A program made the position numbers and the translations under genes. The notes under the pieces are model-generated. The model was given only the letters and a program-made list of their open reading frames with translations, searched no databases and was not told the DNA's origin. Shown here one piece after another: positions 47,021 through 60,590 of a stretch of DNA of 64,000 bases. Location of the stretch: positions 10,012,618 to 10,076,617 of the forward strand of contig JBNZDD010013726.1 in NCBI GenBank assembly GCA_050575255.1. The letters are read 5' to 3'. This stretch comes from Harriotta raleighana (lineage: Eukaryota). How positions within the stretch are numbered: the first letter of the stretch is position 1; every line of letters begins with the position of its first letter.

Positions 47021-49804
47021 CTCCCATGGTCATTCCAATATAAAGTCAAAGAAATATACTAAAATGCAAGGATTATTATAATTATTTTGTGTCCTCAAGT
47101 GTAAGTTGTTGTTTTTCATTTGAATGTGTAATAACTGGTGCTTTGGAAGTGGAGTGGCCACTCTTTAATGGCTTCTTAATGTATTTTTGCGGAAATAAGT
47201 AATTCCGAAATGTTTCTGAGTGATGCAGTGATTTACAACACTGGTTTAAAAAAAAAGGCTCTCAAAGTGGGGCTTTTGATGTGCTAAGTTTAAGCACAAA
47301 GAATAATGTGTATTTACCCCTAATGTCAATCATACGCAGGTACATTTCTCTTTATTCCATTTGTTTTCATGCGAGACATACTTAAAAACCTTCATAGGAG
47401 TTTCTGTGTCCATTCACTCTAGTGGAGCAGTCGTTCTGGATAGACAGAGTGGGAAATTCTTTTTGGAGGGGGCTGGGAGGAAGGGCACTTAAAGGGCATT
47501 TCCTGCATTTTAGAAAACACACAGCAGGGTTGATAAAATGGCCTAAGATCAGCCTGTAAATACTAAAAGGGCAGATCAAGCATCCTGTTGCCAATACTGT
47601 TGAGCCGACTCACTGCAGGGAAATCCCTCCACTTTATACCATTTCAATCTAAAGTAAAGGGACCTGGAAAATGTTCAACACAGAGCTGCCCTATGTGATC
47701 TCGTCGTGTACACACAGTTCCAACAAAAACAAAGAGAAGTGTCAAACCTCTATTTGACCATTAAGATTAATGTATTGCTTTTGTTGTTGCAATTATTTAA
47801 AGTGGTATCCATTGCTACCCCTAATAAGATCTTTTGGGACCCAGATAACGCTACTATCAAAATTCCTATGGCTGCAATTCCATCCCCACTGAGTCCATCT
47901 CAGGAAGTTGTATCCTCCATGGATTAATGTGGATTCGCAACCCCCAATTATAAATATTGTCATTGGGATATCCCAAGTAAGGTATTAGCCATTGGGAAGA
48001 AAGTCTCCACCCATTGGCTCAAACTACCAATGGAGAGCATATACCAGCTTCTCCCACTACCATCCCCATAAAAATGACAAAGCGCATCAATAGCAGAGCA
48101 AAGCGTACACCATAACTGCACTCCAGGTCTCCAAAAATAACCTCAATTTAGCCTGCGAGATCATTTTGTCCTAAAATATTAATTTGTGCAGGATTGTGGA
48201 AAACTCTTTATTCAGTCTTATTTTTAAAGCCAGTTTTCCTCACTTCTTAAAAAGACCTGCCTTCAAATGGACGCAGGGTTGAAGAGTTTTTTTTTTCAAT
48301 TGACAGCGAACTTACATTTTTTTAAGCAAAACGGTCTTACAATATAATTTACATTGATGTAGTGCTTTTCCCATCAAGAGGATGTCTCCAAGCACATAAC
48401 ACTGCTTGCAGGGCATACGAGCTGAGAGTGGAAACTGAAGGAGATGGGCAGGGGAAAGATTTTCAAAAGAGCAATCAAGTAACAACAATTTGCATTTATT
48501 TCGAGTCCTTCATACAAGTACTGTCCTGGTGCACTTAAAAAGCTCAAAGAGATGAAAGTTTGAGTCTCGAAAGAGCTATTCAACATTAAACACTATTTCC
48601 TGAACACAATCCTCTCCCCTGATTTGATGCAACATGAGATTTACAGCCATATGGGTTTTACTCCTAGTATTCAAAGAGAATTCCAGGTCAAGTAATCTGA
48701 CCACCTGAAGAGCAAATTCACTTTGCAAATCACTGTTAAATCATACTTGGAAATTAACTGAAAGTACCTAATGGCTCAAAATGCAGACCTCCATTCAAAG
48801 TTGAAAGATTGAAATATTACTACAATTCACAGGGTAATTTAGAGTAAATTCATCATCTAAATAGGTGAAGGACATTGTCTCCTGTTGCTTAGAGCAAATC
48901 CTATAGAGACATTGCATCTTAGAAAGATACACAATATTACATGCAAATTCTAGAAGGTGCATTGAGGTACATAGGGTAACAAAATTATATGGCCAAACAA
49001 AGGACAGCCAATTAACTCTGCAAACCAGCCGTGTGACTCTGATTACATATCCACCCCATTTCTCTGTATCCCGTTAATATCCTTACTCACCATGTATATG
49101 CGCGTTTGTCTCTCAGTTTGACACCTCAGTTGAATGTACAGAAGCTATGGAGAGAACCTAGTTTGGGCTCTCATTTATTTAAGAACAATATTTATACGGG
49201 ATGGTCTCCAGTAAGGGTGAAACCATGGGGTACAATGTATGGTGTCCCTTATATTTTCTTTAATATAGTGTCGGTGTTAATTAACACTAAAATTTACTAC
49301 GATCTAATTTCATGCTAAATCTGCAATGACATATTGAATGGCCACTAGGTGATGATGTTGTCCCTCTCTCGTCCCTCTCTCTTCCCTCACCAGAGCTTGG
49401 ATCCCATTTTGAATCTCTGCCATCTTGAATTTCTAACCATCCGGAGACAAAGCACTGTTTTCTTGCTATTTGACCCTTGGAAGTATGTGCAAGTTTTTAT
49501 TTGAACTAATGGTTAGTTTCTGGGTTGGGATCTTTTGATGAACATTGAAATTTATGACCTACCCAATCCCCCCCCAAAAAATGGTATTCATTACCAAGCT
49601 TGGAATCTACTACACCTCAAAGCTGACAATCATGTCATCAGTGAATCAGTACGAATATCAAATCACTGGAGGAAGCAGGAAACTCCGTGGCCATTATAAA
49701 CAGAGTTAGTTTGAAACTAGGAATGCTAGCTCACACTAAAATAGTGTCAGTGTTTGCTAGGAATGCTAGCTCACACTTATCACCATTTTTTTCCACCCAT
49801 ATTT

Positions 49805-50020
49805 CACCCAGTGGAAATCTGGAACTCTCTCTCCCCCCAAAAGGCTGTGGATGATAGATCCATTGAAATTTTCAAGATGAATTCATGTTAGGTAAGGATA
49901 TCATAGGATAAGGGACAAAGGCAGATAATTGGTGTTGAGGTACAGATCAGACATGATCTAATAGAATGGTGGAACAGGCTTGAGGGTATGAATGGCCTAC
50001 TCCTATTCCTATGTTCTTAT
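49805..50020 (+). mobile_element. CR1 3' end
   Basis: gtggaaatctggaactctctc...gaggtacagatcagacatgatctaatagaatggtggaacaggcttgagggtatgaatggcctactcctattcctatgttctta. Confidence 0.85.
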
Positions 50021-50517
50021 ATATATATATATACACACAGTATAGGTGTTTAACTGTATATTAAGATGTCCAAACAATGAATCTGTCAACCTGCCTGGTG
50101 TGAAGTCGCTGGTATCAGACATTTTTACACTGAACTAATCTCACTCCAAAATCATTGGAGTGCATAGTAAATATACTATAATAGAGCAACTAGAGTCAAA
50201 GTTTTCTAAAACACATGATTTTCAAATGAGATTTCTTGATAAAGCCTCCCCCTCACCCCCTAAAAGTCCCCAAATGGGAAACTTTCCATTAACCAGATGT
50301 ATGTAGCATAGACTTGCAAGAATTTTGGTAGAGGTAAGTCACAAAGGTTTCAGGATCTCACAGGTCAGTGTGACATTCCTCTAATTCCCAGAAAGGATCC
50401 TTAATTGGTAACTCAAGATCCTGATTAAGAAATCCCATTTCAAAGTTTTGCAAAAGACAGATGGAAGACAGATCCACGTAGTAGACAGAAGCAGTAGTCA
50501 AGTTTCCTTACTTCGTA

Positions 50518-50806
50518 TGCTTCTGTTTACCTAGCAGTGAGTTTGAACCTAGATTCCCAGCAATGCAAAACCTTGGGTGAGTTTCTTTACTCCACAGGCC
50601 TAATAATAATCCCTCAAGAAAAAAACAATAGTAAATTTCATTTCAACCTACAACTGTTTGTGGGACACTGCAATGCACAACTGGCTGCGTGTTTCGCCTA
50701 TACCTATACAGTTAATTCACTTTCCAATACATTCTGTGAAGTGCTTTGAGACGTCTAGAAGACTTGATAAGGCGCTATATCGATTGCAAGGATTATTATT
50801 ATTATC
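50518..50806 (+). mobile_element. SINE core plus tail (family of 30933)
   Basis: ttctgtttacctagcagtgagtttgaacc...ctgtttgtgggacactgcaatgcacaactggctgc...ttctgtgaagtgctttgagacgtctagaagacttgataaggcgctatatcgattgcaaggattattattatt. Confidence 0.8.
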
Positions 50807-53800
50807 CTTTTTTTTGGCCACTTCAAGTTCTCTAATTCAACGGTGATAAATTGGAATAAACTGAATATGTTATTTCATTTAAAAAAAGCATACTCTATAT
50901 ATATATATAGATACTGTTAGCACATAACTTATAATTAAAAATAATGACAAGTATATCATTTTAAAATTGTTCAAATTCTTGGTTTTAAAAAAAAAGTGAG
51001 TGACTTTTTTAATTTGCGGTTAGCAAATTAAATCCCAAGGTAGCTCCTGCATCTGATTTGCATTACTAGAGGAAGTCATTTGGGCTTATTTCTAGCACAA
51101 GATTGCTTCAGCTTAAAATTTCCATGTGCAGCAGAGTTGGATTCATTAATAGTACAATGCATTTGAAAATAAAATTGCCCATGCTATATAGGATGGAACA
51201 ATGATCACTTCATAGTCATCCATATAATGCTATGTCATTATGATATTTGAATGTAATTGTAGAGCATATGTGATAATAAATTCTGAATATAATATCCTTT
51301 CCTTTATGCACCAAAGTAGCTATTAAAATAGCTTATCTCATTCCATTATCAGTTGGATAAGCAAGACTTCATTGTTTAGTGATTAAAGGGCTGGTTTTAT
51401 ACTTTACAGTTAAGTCTTGCAGACATCTAAATGTATATTGCTGAAATTTACAATAGAGATTAAAATGTTTTAATTAAATCTTTATGGGAGAAAGAGAATA
51501 CAAATATAATCCTACTACTTAACCCTAACGAAGAGTTGTTTGGGGTCAATTTTTTCTTAATTTTCTTAACCGGCATAATAAGAAATTCCATTAAAATTCT
51601 ATAACATGGAATCCCCTTAGAATGCTGCTGAGTTACAGGAACTCTGTTCCCAAATTAAATTGCATTGGTGCATAGTTCTTGCGAATGGGACATTTGCATG
51701 TTTCGAATTTCCTTGCAAGGAATTACGTTAGAAATACCAAATGTTCGACCCCCGGATCTGTCTGGAATTTAATGTCACAAGTACGATGAACACACAGCCA
51801 TATGGATATACATTTGCAAAGAAGTAAGGTTTTAGTAAACAAATCAGTTTTATTAGCTGCCAGGCAAGGTTGAGAATTAGCCGCCCTATGACATTAAAAT
51901 AGGGAATGTCAGCACCTCTAAGATATCAAGTTGTGTCAGGTTACAGTGACTTTATGTGCGATAGTGAAGAGGGAAAACATGAAACAGCGGCATATTGCTT
52001 CTTGCGTGAGTACACCAATTCAGGCGTACGAATGCTGCAAGGAAGCAGAGTAATGGAATAGATCACTTTGGTGGCACCAAGGTCCCACTATGAAAATAGA
52101 GCTTAATACTGGCAACAAGCTAAACGCATGAATAATGGTTCTGCATTTTGCAAAGTAGACGATAACAAAGGATGTACATCCTTTTTAGTATTTCCCTTAA
52201 GTCAAGGGTGAAACTGAGGGGGGCGGAAGAGGGACAAGTGTCATGCACCCTATGTAGAATCTAAGACATCTGATACATTAGGTGATGTTGGAGGACTGGC
52301 AGTTCTTTCCCTCCTGCCCCCGCAAAAGTCAGTCTTTGTTTACAAATTCCTGACTCTATTCCTTCTGCAAGCTAAATATATCAAAGAGAATATCTCACTA
52401 AAGGAATCTCTCCACCAGAAAGTTAAATATTTTGTGCGTTTTGTTAATTGTATCGAAAACCCAAACTGGCTGCATGCAATTTACCAGTGCCCTCGTTCTA
52501 TCTTCTTCCTCCCTATGATAAATAGGAGCTATTTACACAATGTCGCCTAATTAGTCATTTTGAAACTAATTTATCTGTTAATCCTATTTATCCAATAAAT
52601 AAACCTGCTTATCTATGTCACCTTGTTTTTCATCCACTTTGTAATGAGCATGTATGATTTTTTTTTCCCGTATCGTAGCGCAGAGACCAATTCTGAACTG
52701 GGGCCATTTAAAATCTCTTGATCATCAGATTTTTGCACGAAAGAGTTTTATCACTTAATTAACCTAAACTGGTAATGTCCCAACGAATACTTTATAGATT
52801 TACATAGCAGTGTCATGTAAAACTGCATTCCAAACCATGTAGTTCAACTATGTTATATTCCAACATGCCTCGTCCTACATTAACTGCCGAATATTCAATC
52901 AATCTTGATGAATTTGCTTGTTTCTTGCTTAGTTCCAGTATTAAAATCCAATGTGTCCCATTCTTTAAACATATTCAGCAAACTGTTAAAGTCCACTGAT
53001 ACAACAAATGTCTTGTTTTCTTTAAAAACTCATGGAACCCAGCACATAAAATTTATCTGCAATAATCTATTGTGCCTGGCCAATGTGAGGGAAAATGTTA
53101 ATGAAGATGTGTGTAGCATGCAAAAACATTCATTTAAATGTGCTATATTCAGTAGGCAAAGGAATGATGCTTTGAAAAAATAGCTCCTTGTCAGTGGATT
53201 TCAGCAGCCTAAAATAGGCCTCTTCACACAATATTGCCTCGGAGTGATGGTACAATATTGCCTAGAAGTGATGGTACCTTGATCTGGAAGTAAATGTTAA
53301 CGTATTGTGCCAATGTAAGCATCATAACAAAGACAAACCTGTGAACCTTGGGTTTAGAAATAAAAACCCTATCTCACCAAATTATTTCTATTTAAATATG
53401 GATTTGATACGCCTTTGGTCACAGCAGTGCACACCATCGATGAGCATGTGCGGATTAAAGTCTCGGAATATGGTTGCTCTGCCATACTCAGTTTTTACAC
53501 TGAAATAGGCCAGATTATCCGAAATTTAACCGGGTTTGATCTGCAGACTAAGAAAAAGTTGTAGACTATTTGTGGTCAACCCATTCTACCCACAATGTGC
53601 CAATAAACATGCTGATGTACCCTTTTTAACCTTGGTGCCAGTCAGGTGTTTTTTTTTACAATAATCTCAAAACACTTAGCGTTGATCTGGGATCTGATTG
53701 CAACTGGTTTTGTTAATCAATAAGTTTTACCCAGTTGGAATTTGATCAGTACCTACTCAGACCCCACATCATTTCCTGAAGCACTGAAATGAATGTAAAA

Positions 53801-56319
53801 ATAAGTCTCACATCAACTCTAACTTTCTTATTTATCACAGACAGGCTTCTCACTGAGTTTAAATTTACTTCAAATGATCTCTGATGGGATTTGTGAAGGA
53901 AAAATAAAATCTCACCAGTACTTTTTTTTGGAAAAAATTTAAAATAGCAGAGTTAATAGACAACTTTTTAGAGATTTGAAAGAATTAATCTTAATATTTT
54001 AATATTATTAGATGAAAATGAATTCTAGTGATAATTCATTTTTGAAACTGTTACCACCTTTTCATCGTTTCTGTAAAATTATTAGGGTGGACCCTGTGTG
54101 ATGTTCATTTATAGAATCTTAAGTGGAGAGACACTTATCTCTTTAATAATGAGCCAGTGTAATTAAAGGTGGGAATGTGTAAGAGTTCAAGCACAGGCAA
54201 CATGACACATCGTCTGCTATCGCTATTCCATAGTGGTTTATCAAAGGCTACTCCTTTAATATGGAGATTACACTTATGTACTTGTCTGAACTTGAAAGGC
54301 ATTTTCCTAATTTACTTATTAATGAGATGTAAATCTATTTTTTTAACTGAGTGTCACAAGTTTTATAAAATGTGTGTATTTAGCAAGCAATAAATCCTAC
54401 AATTTAGAAATTTCTCAGCTTTCCTTATTAATTCTGTTAAAAATTGATAGGCTTTATGTTAAATTTATGAATATTGGTTGCTGTCATTCATTTGGCAGCT
54501 CTTACTGAAATATGCCTTGACAGCAGCTGCATTAAAGATGTATGTCATTGTGTTCAGCACAGATTAATGAAGCACAGTAAAAAAAAGCTGTAAAAGGGAA
54601 AGTGATCAGAATGCAAAAACAGTAGATTTAATGAAGCCTTGCATTTCATTTCATTTTTTTTTAACTCTGCAGTCTAACTACCCTCACCCGTACAGCCGTG
54701 CATTGACAGGAAAGTTGCCCTGGGTTTCATTGCAATGTGTAAAGGTATTCTGATGAGAGGGTGGATTTTTAAACTTCCTGAATTAGATAACAGCACAGTA
54801 CTCAGAAATTTTGTCTTTCACATTTGCAGTTGTTTCAACATCCCATTTGTGCTGCTGCTCAGTAAGGATTCTTGAGACATCCAAGCAGATAATTTTACAC
54901 AGATATCTTAATTTATTAAGAACAACAGATTGTTGATGAGGAAGGAAAGAATTGTTAGATCAAGAGTCCAATTTACATGATGCTGTCATACTGAGCGAGG
55001 AAAAGACTCTCTTTGATGTGAAGAACCATATACATTTCACTAATTACCAATAGCATTGATTAACATTCTCTGTTTGATGTGTTGGAGTTTATATATTCTG
55101 AAAGGCAAAAAATGAATCTTCCTCTGATTTTACAGATTTGCATAGTCTCACAAATGAATGGGATAATAATTACCCACATCTGTCATTCCAGTAACATTTA
55201 AACTCCGGTCATGCTTTGTTGTGAGTTTACAGTTTATTATCCATTACTGTGTGACTTCATCAGTGTAACTTTTTTTTTTCCAATTTCAACACATATTCAT
55301 GCTGCTTCAGCACTCTGATGTTAATGGAATACAACTATGGTTGCATTTTCGCGACATGTTCTTTAAAAATAAAGTAAGTTCTTCATGTTTAAAGGCACCG
55401 AAGCCTTGGGCGAGTAAAAAGCCAAGCTAATAAGTAGCGATTTGTTTAAAAATACTGAAATAAGATTTTTTTTGGCGGGCTCTAGCAGGTATCTGACACA
55501 TGCAGATGCCTGGCCATCACCATGCTTATGGAAATCCAAACCAAACTGATTGTTGGATTTTTAACTGATTTAACTGATTTCTCATCTTCCTAAAAGTATA
55601 CTTTAGCTTCCAGTTTGATAAATCATTGAAAGATGTGTACACGTAATGTGTATTAGCCACAGAGAATGGATAGAAGTTTCCAAATAAACTGATATTTTAT
55701 AAAAATGACAGGAAAATATTAGCACAGCGTCGTTTACCTCATTAAAAAGACTGACATCTGTCTGATTTCAGAAATATTGAACTCTGCATACCTTCCTTAA
55801 GAGTTAATAATTCACAAATAATGTCTACATTTAGAAATTGCCCTAATAACCATAATATCTCTGCCCATTTCCAACAAAAAGGCAACGACGTGTTGATTTC
55901 TGTTGGAGTAGATGTGGATGATGAATGTTTAACATTATTTAAATAAACATGACATGCTGTGCTTCCTCTTTGAGGTCTCCTTATTTCCATCAACTCTGTA
56001 CCTTTGAATGTATTCTGCTCATGTATGTACCACTGATTTTTTTTTAAAAAAAACTATAGGGCATCTTAACATTGGATCAGTGCTCCATTGCACCAAAACC
56101 TGCCTGGAGCAGAAACAGCTCCATTCATCTGGCAGCCATGTTGCTTCTTGGTTGGGAAAATTTGCTATCTTAGCTGGCGAGAGGACATTCGTTGTCAGCT
56201 TTGCTAAAATCATCAGAAATCATGCCTTTTTTGCCCTCCGATTATTTCCCCTTCCTTCTGAAGTTTGCTTTCTTTTTTCTGACTGCCAGTCAGTCCCTCA
56301 CCCCTTACCAGTTTCGCAC

Positions 56320-56445
56320 CCAAGCGACGACTGTTCGTGTGTGAGTTTGAGAGCGAGTGCTACGCAGCTCTTCCAACTGCAAAGCATATTAGCTGATTCC
56401 AATCCTGTCCTTTGACTAATACCCGCTCAGCAAGGGTTTCCGAAT
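56320..56445 (-). mobile_element. UCON3/AmnSINE2-like SINE 3' remnant
   Basis: gagtgctacgcagctcttccaactgcaaagcatattagctgattccaatcctgtcct resembles the recalled consensus gagtgtcggcaggctattcaaccgtgggggcatcacagccgagcccgatcctgtcct. Confidence 0.35.
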
Positions 56446-56459
56446 AGCAATCGGTCCAA

Positions 56460-56575
56460 GAAGGAAGGTTTGAAAGGTTTTGGGAACAAGGCAAGGCGAT
56501 GGGATTGAACAAACAGCCTGCTCTGACAGCCAGTGCACACTCAATTTGTCGAATGGCTATACATTCCTATGATTC
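56460..56575 (+). mobile_element. CR1 3' end
   Basis: ggtttgaaaggttttgggaacaaggcaaggcgatgggattg...gacagccagtgcacactc...cgaatggc...ttcctatgattc. Confidence 0.6.
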
Positions 56576-57869
56576 AGTTTACGCAGCACTTTTCACAGCG
56601 ATTTAGAGGTTAGCTTTATGATTTACCCACCCACTTCCAATCATGTGATTGAGCACTTTGAAATAATTTATTAAACAATATTGAAAAATAGCTTTTAAAA
56701 AAAATAAGAACTTAGCAGAATGGTGATGAAAATGTAAATGATCGACCCGACAAAAACTGTTAGGAAAATGATGGGCTTCAATGGACTGAGTGAGTTTTCC
56801 TTCACCTCTGGTTTTCCCATTTTTATTCCGTTTAATTCCAATGTGATCAAGTCGGCAATCCTTCTTTCTCATATTTCCCCCTTTCTATACTAACTGTGTT
56901 ATTCCAATTTAAAATTCATTTACTCTTCTTAAAGTTCAAGTTCCAGGTCCTGATGAGGATTAATTTGTAAACAAAATAAATGTATTTATAAAAAAAAACA
57001 ATCCAACTGTAACAGCCAGAACTTCAGCTTCCCTCTTTAGGTATTGCTCAAGAATAGACTGTGGCATTTGTTAAGCAGTCAGTCTAGGCAGTTAGCCAAA
57101 ACTGACACTCTAAATCCAGGTTCATAATCCATTTGGAAGTACTGTATTACAGTCAGAATCAGACAAAAATGCTAGAGACAAGTAGCTCATTAATGAACTC
57201 ACTGTTTAACTATAGTTCACTGTACTAACCTGACTTTATAAAACTATTTCTCCAGACATCGATGAAGCTTTGATAAAATATATCAATGCCCTGGTCTGCC
57301 ATGTATTTTATGACTAATATTTATTGTAACCTTGTAATGACTATTATGAAAAGTTGGTGTTTTTTCCCCCTCCTCCACAGACATTGAATGTTGTTGGTCA
57401 ATTCTGTCTTTTTTGCCTACTCTTTAATTTATCTTTGCAATTGGCTATTTAACCACTACTGTTCATTCCCATCTCAACATTTACATTTACAGAACCCACT
57501 CCTTCTCCCACACAATTAATTTATGAACTCATGGTGTTCCTTTTTAAATGTTTTCAATTTTGTAATTTCAGTTCCCTATATCATATCCTTTTACAATAAT
57601 TGTTCCTGGCAACTGATTACAAAATCAACTGGGGAAAAATTAAAGGTTTTTTTTTAATTAAATCCCTAAATTGCTTTCTACTTTTCAAAATGTGCCTCCT
57701 CTCTCGTAGGTTTCTGCACAGACTCTGACCATTGATATTCGCACAACCACCAAATAAGAAGAATTACTCATTTATTTTGATTCCAAAACCCTTTTCCCCC
57801 TAAGAACAAAATTGACACGGCTGTGGAATAGGAGTGAATTCAGGATAAAAAGTAATAGAAACAGTGTGA

Positions 57870-58305
57870 ACAATGAACAACAGTGTCTCCTTGTGTCTCC
57901 TCGATCTGCTTCCAGCACAGTTGACCACTCCATCTTTCTCCACTGTCTTTCCTTTCTGATAAACCTCCACGGCTCTGTCAATTCCCGGCTTCATTCCTAA
58001 CTGTCCAGTGTCTTCACTTTGTCTCATAACGCAGCTTCTCCTTCTGCTTCCCCGTGATCACTTGCACTCAAGGATTGTATCCCCAAGGCTAATTATCTTC
58101 CTTATCCACACCCTTCCACTTAATAGCATTATCCACAGCCATAGAGTCCACTTCTATATCTACGTGAATGATGCCCAACTCTTATTTCTCTGTCTCCACC
58201 TTGGACTTCAGTCCACTGCTGTTCTTACAAACTGCTCGTCATATCTCAAGTCCTGGATGAGCTTTAACTTTCTCCAACTCAATGTCAACAAAACTGAAGG
58301 CTGCC
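57870..58305 (+). mobile_element. L2 reverse transcriptase remnant
   Basis: STVDHSIFLHCLS, IFLIHTLPLNSIIHSHRVHFYIYVNDAQL, LTNCSSYLKSWMSFNFLQLNVNKTE match DTVDH.ILL.RL, F.IY.LPLG.II..H...FH.YADDTQL, L..CL.DI..WM..NFLQLN..KTE. Confidence 0.9.
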
Positions 58306-58354
58306 CACTCCATTATCCCCCAGTCCAATTCTCCCCAAAGTTTTGTGAAAATAT

Positions 58355-58440
58355 AATAATAATAATGATCCTTGCATTTGATGTAACGTTTTTCACAACC
58401 TACGTCTCAAGGTGCTTCACAGAATACCGTATACTGTAAA
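58355..58440 (-). mobile_element. SINE 3' tail
   Basis: (aat)n gatccttgcatttgatgtaacgtttttcac...cgtctcaaggtgcttcacagaata. Confidence 0.75.
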
Positions 58441-58669
58441 AAAAAGAAGTAAGCAGGTATATTTCACGATTCTGTGGCAGGGTCCAACATTTCCTCAGCT
58501 GCCACAATCCGCATTTAATGTTAGTGCGCTGTAGACAGTGACACAAGATCACTTCATCAGGCTCGCACAGAGTAAGTATATAAAGAGATGCAAAAACAAA
58601 GCAAAAACAGTTTTGCAAACTCACATCTTAGAAAAACAGTCCAATGTTGTTCATTGATTTTGCCTTTTT

Positions 58670-58800
58670 CATAGATTCATAGAATTTTACGGCACAAAAG
58701 GAGGCCATTCGGCCCATCTAGTCTGTGCCGGCTCTTTGAAAAGAGCGATTTAATCCCACTACCCTGCTCGCTCCCCATAGCCTAATAGACCTGTTCTCCC
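58670..58800 (-). mobile_element. CR1 3' terminal fragment
   Basis: catagattcatagaattttacggcacaaaaggaggccattcggcccatctagtctgtgccggctct...ctccccatagcc. Confidence 0.8.
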
Positions 58801-59269
58801 TAAATAAAGATCTTATTGCCCCCCTTGGGGGCAATAAAAGTAACTCACACAACTCATGTATTGCACCATTCATCGCCTGCCTCTTCAAAGTAAAACTTTA
58901 ACTGTTTAAGTGATTAGGTTTTGCATAGAAACAAATAGCCAACAGGTTATGTCAAATTGAAACAGTGAGTGATTTATTGAGATTGCATTCAGCAATTTTT
59001 TTTTTAGGAAATTAGGAGAACCTCGGCAATCGGAAGTGATGGAGACACAGAGAGACAATCCTAAGACGTTCAAGATTCCAATTGTTAGTTGGGAAGAGGG
59101 ATGAGAGCAAAAATCCAACTGCATCAAGACAGATAGCAGGAAGTCTACTTTCTAAAATAATAAATTGACTGTCTACAATAACAATAATACTAATGATCCT
59201 TGCATTTGATATCGCGCTTTACCATGTCTTCAAAACATCTCTGAGCGATTCACGTATAACATACCAAGG

Positions 59270-59870
59270 TCCCAAGCCTTACTCTACAGATATTTCTGAT
59301 CACAGCTATCCAACCTCTCATTCTTCTTCATTCCAATCATTGTTTTACTTTAGTTAAAAGGTTGTTTCTTGTAAGCCACTTCATCTGTTTAAGTGATTAG
59401 GTTTTGCACATGATGCAAAGAGCTGGCAGGTTGTGCTTTCTAATGTGTTCTAAAATTCAGAATACTGTACATGGTATTCAGCAGCTCATCTTTCCCAAAT
59501 TCTGATTCATTCTGAACAAATTCAAGCAACATTTTGGACGCGTAATCTATTTTGACTTGGCGTTATTGCCTTTACTCTGTTAAATTATTTCCTTTATCAT
59601 AGGCTCCAATGTTTTTACAGATATGGACAACAAGCTTACGGACAAGTTTATAATTACCAGGGTAATGTTTCTGACTTTTCTTTTTAAAAAAAAAAAGGAC
59701 AGCATTAAACATCTTACAGCTGATTGGCACCCCTGTTTTTAATGAGCTGTGAAATTTCAGACACAGCTTCTTACTGCCCACACCCACTTCTATCCTCATT
59801 TCTTTAAGTATTCTTGGATCTATTCCATCAGGTCCTGTAGTCTTATAACATTCAAGCACTGTAGATTTTT
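59270..59870 (-). mobile_element. Decayed CR1 ORF2 (region upstream of and into RT)
   Basis: KTTGPDGIDPRILKE...SLKTGVP...NAVLFFFKK...YPGNYKLV matches KSPGPDGIHPRVLKE...SL.TG.VP..W..ANV.PIFKKG...PGNYRPV. Confidence 0.75.
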
Positions 59871-59984
59871 TCTTAGTGATGGTTTCTTTGCCAGTCTCTA
59901 TTTACTCATTTTTAAATGTATCTCCTCAACTTTTAGCTGTTATCTAAAACTAATAATAATAATAATGATAATAATTGGTTATTC

Positions 59985-60325
59985 CATCCACAATTGTTTG
60001 TGGGATACTGCAGTGCTCAATTGTCTGCTGCGTTTCACCCACAAAATGTACAGTCAATTCACTTTATAATAATAATCCTTGCATTTGATATAGAGTGCTG
60101 TTCAAGTCTTCTAGAGTCTCCGACCGCTTCATAGAATATACTGTAAAGTGAATCGAGTGTATATTTGTGGGCGAAATGCTGCATCCAATTGCCCACCGCT
60201 GTGTCCCACAGCAAGTGTTCTCACCACTGAGTTACAAGCCTCTACAGTATATTCTGTGAGATGCTTTGAGGCGTCTCAGTGACCCGATAAGGCGATCTAT
60301 CAATGGCGAGGATTATTATTATTTT
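59985..60325. mobile_element. Cluster of three SINE tails in alternating orientation
   Basis: Plus tail about 59990-60066, minus tail about 60066-60212, plus tail about 60243-60323. Confidence 0.75.
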
Positions 60326-60374
60326 AAAATCCCCCCAGATTGATTTACCATCTTTTTTCTGCAGCAATAGTAGA

Positions 60375-60590
60375 TCTAACAGGGAGTTTAGGAGGAACTT
60401 TTCCACGCAGAGTGGTCAGAATGTGAAACTTGCTGATGGAAGCGAGAGTTCAAGCAAAAGTAATCAATGTATTTAAGAGAAGTCTGGATGCACACTCAGG
60501 GGAATAGGAGAGGAGGGGTATAAATCCTGGTTTGGACTTTGTGCCTGAAGACTGTGGCTGTGACTGTACTATTCTGCGTAATTCTGTATT
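60375..60590 (+). mobile_element. CR1 3' end
   Basis: REFRRNFST..VVRM*NL...QAKVINVFKRSLDA-type motifs plus 3' UTR. Confidence 0.65.

Noticed and set aside
49339-49358. CTCF-like tggccactaggtgatg
   Set aside because: Lacks the GGC core of the consensus.
49717-49777. 21-bp direct repeat with 19-bp spacer (CRISPR-like look)
   Set aside because: Only two copies, eukaryotic context, no cas genes; a local duplication.
52218-52322. GC-rich imperfect inverted ends (gggggcggaagaggg / ccctcctgccccc)
   Set aside because: Short, low-complexity match with no target duplication.
53228-53277. 24-bp tandem duplication
   Set aside because: Two near-identical adjacent units; ordinary slippage duplication.
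55138-55160. ttgcatagtc similar to the miR-153 5' end
   Set aside because: Match breaks after 10 nt and there is no complementary 5' arm for a hairpin.
58813-58837. Short hairpin ttattgcccccc-tt-gggggcaataa
   Set aside because: Only an 11-bp stem at a repeat junction; no evidence of function, and a bacterial terminator reading does not apply here.
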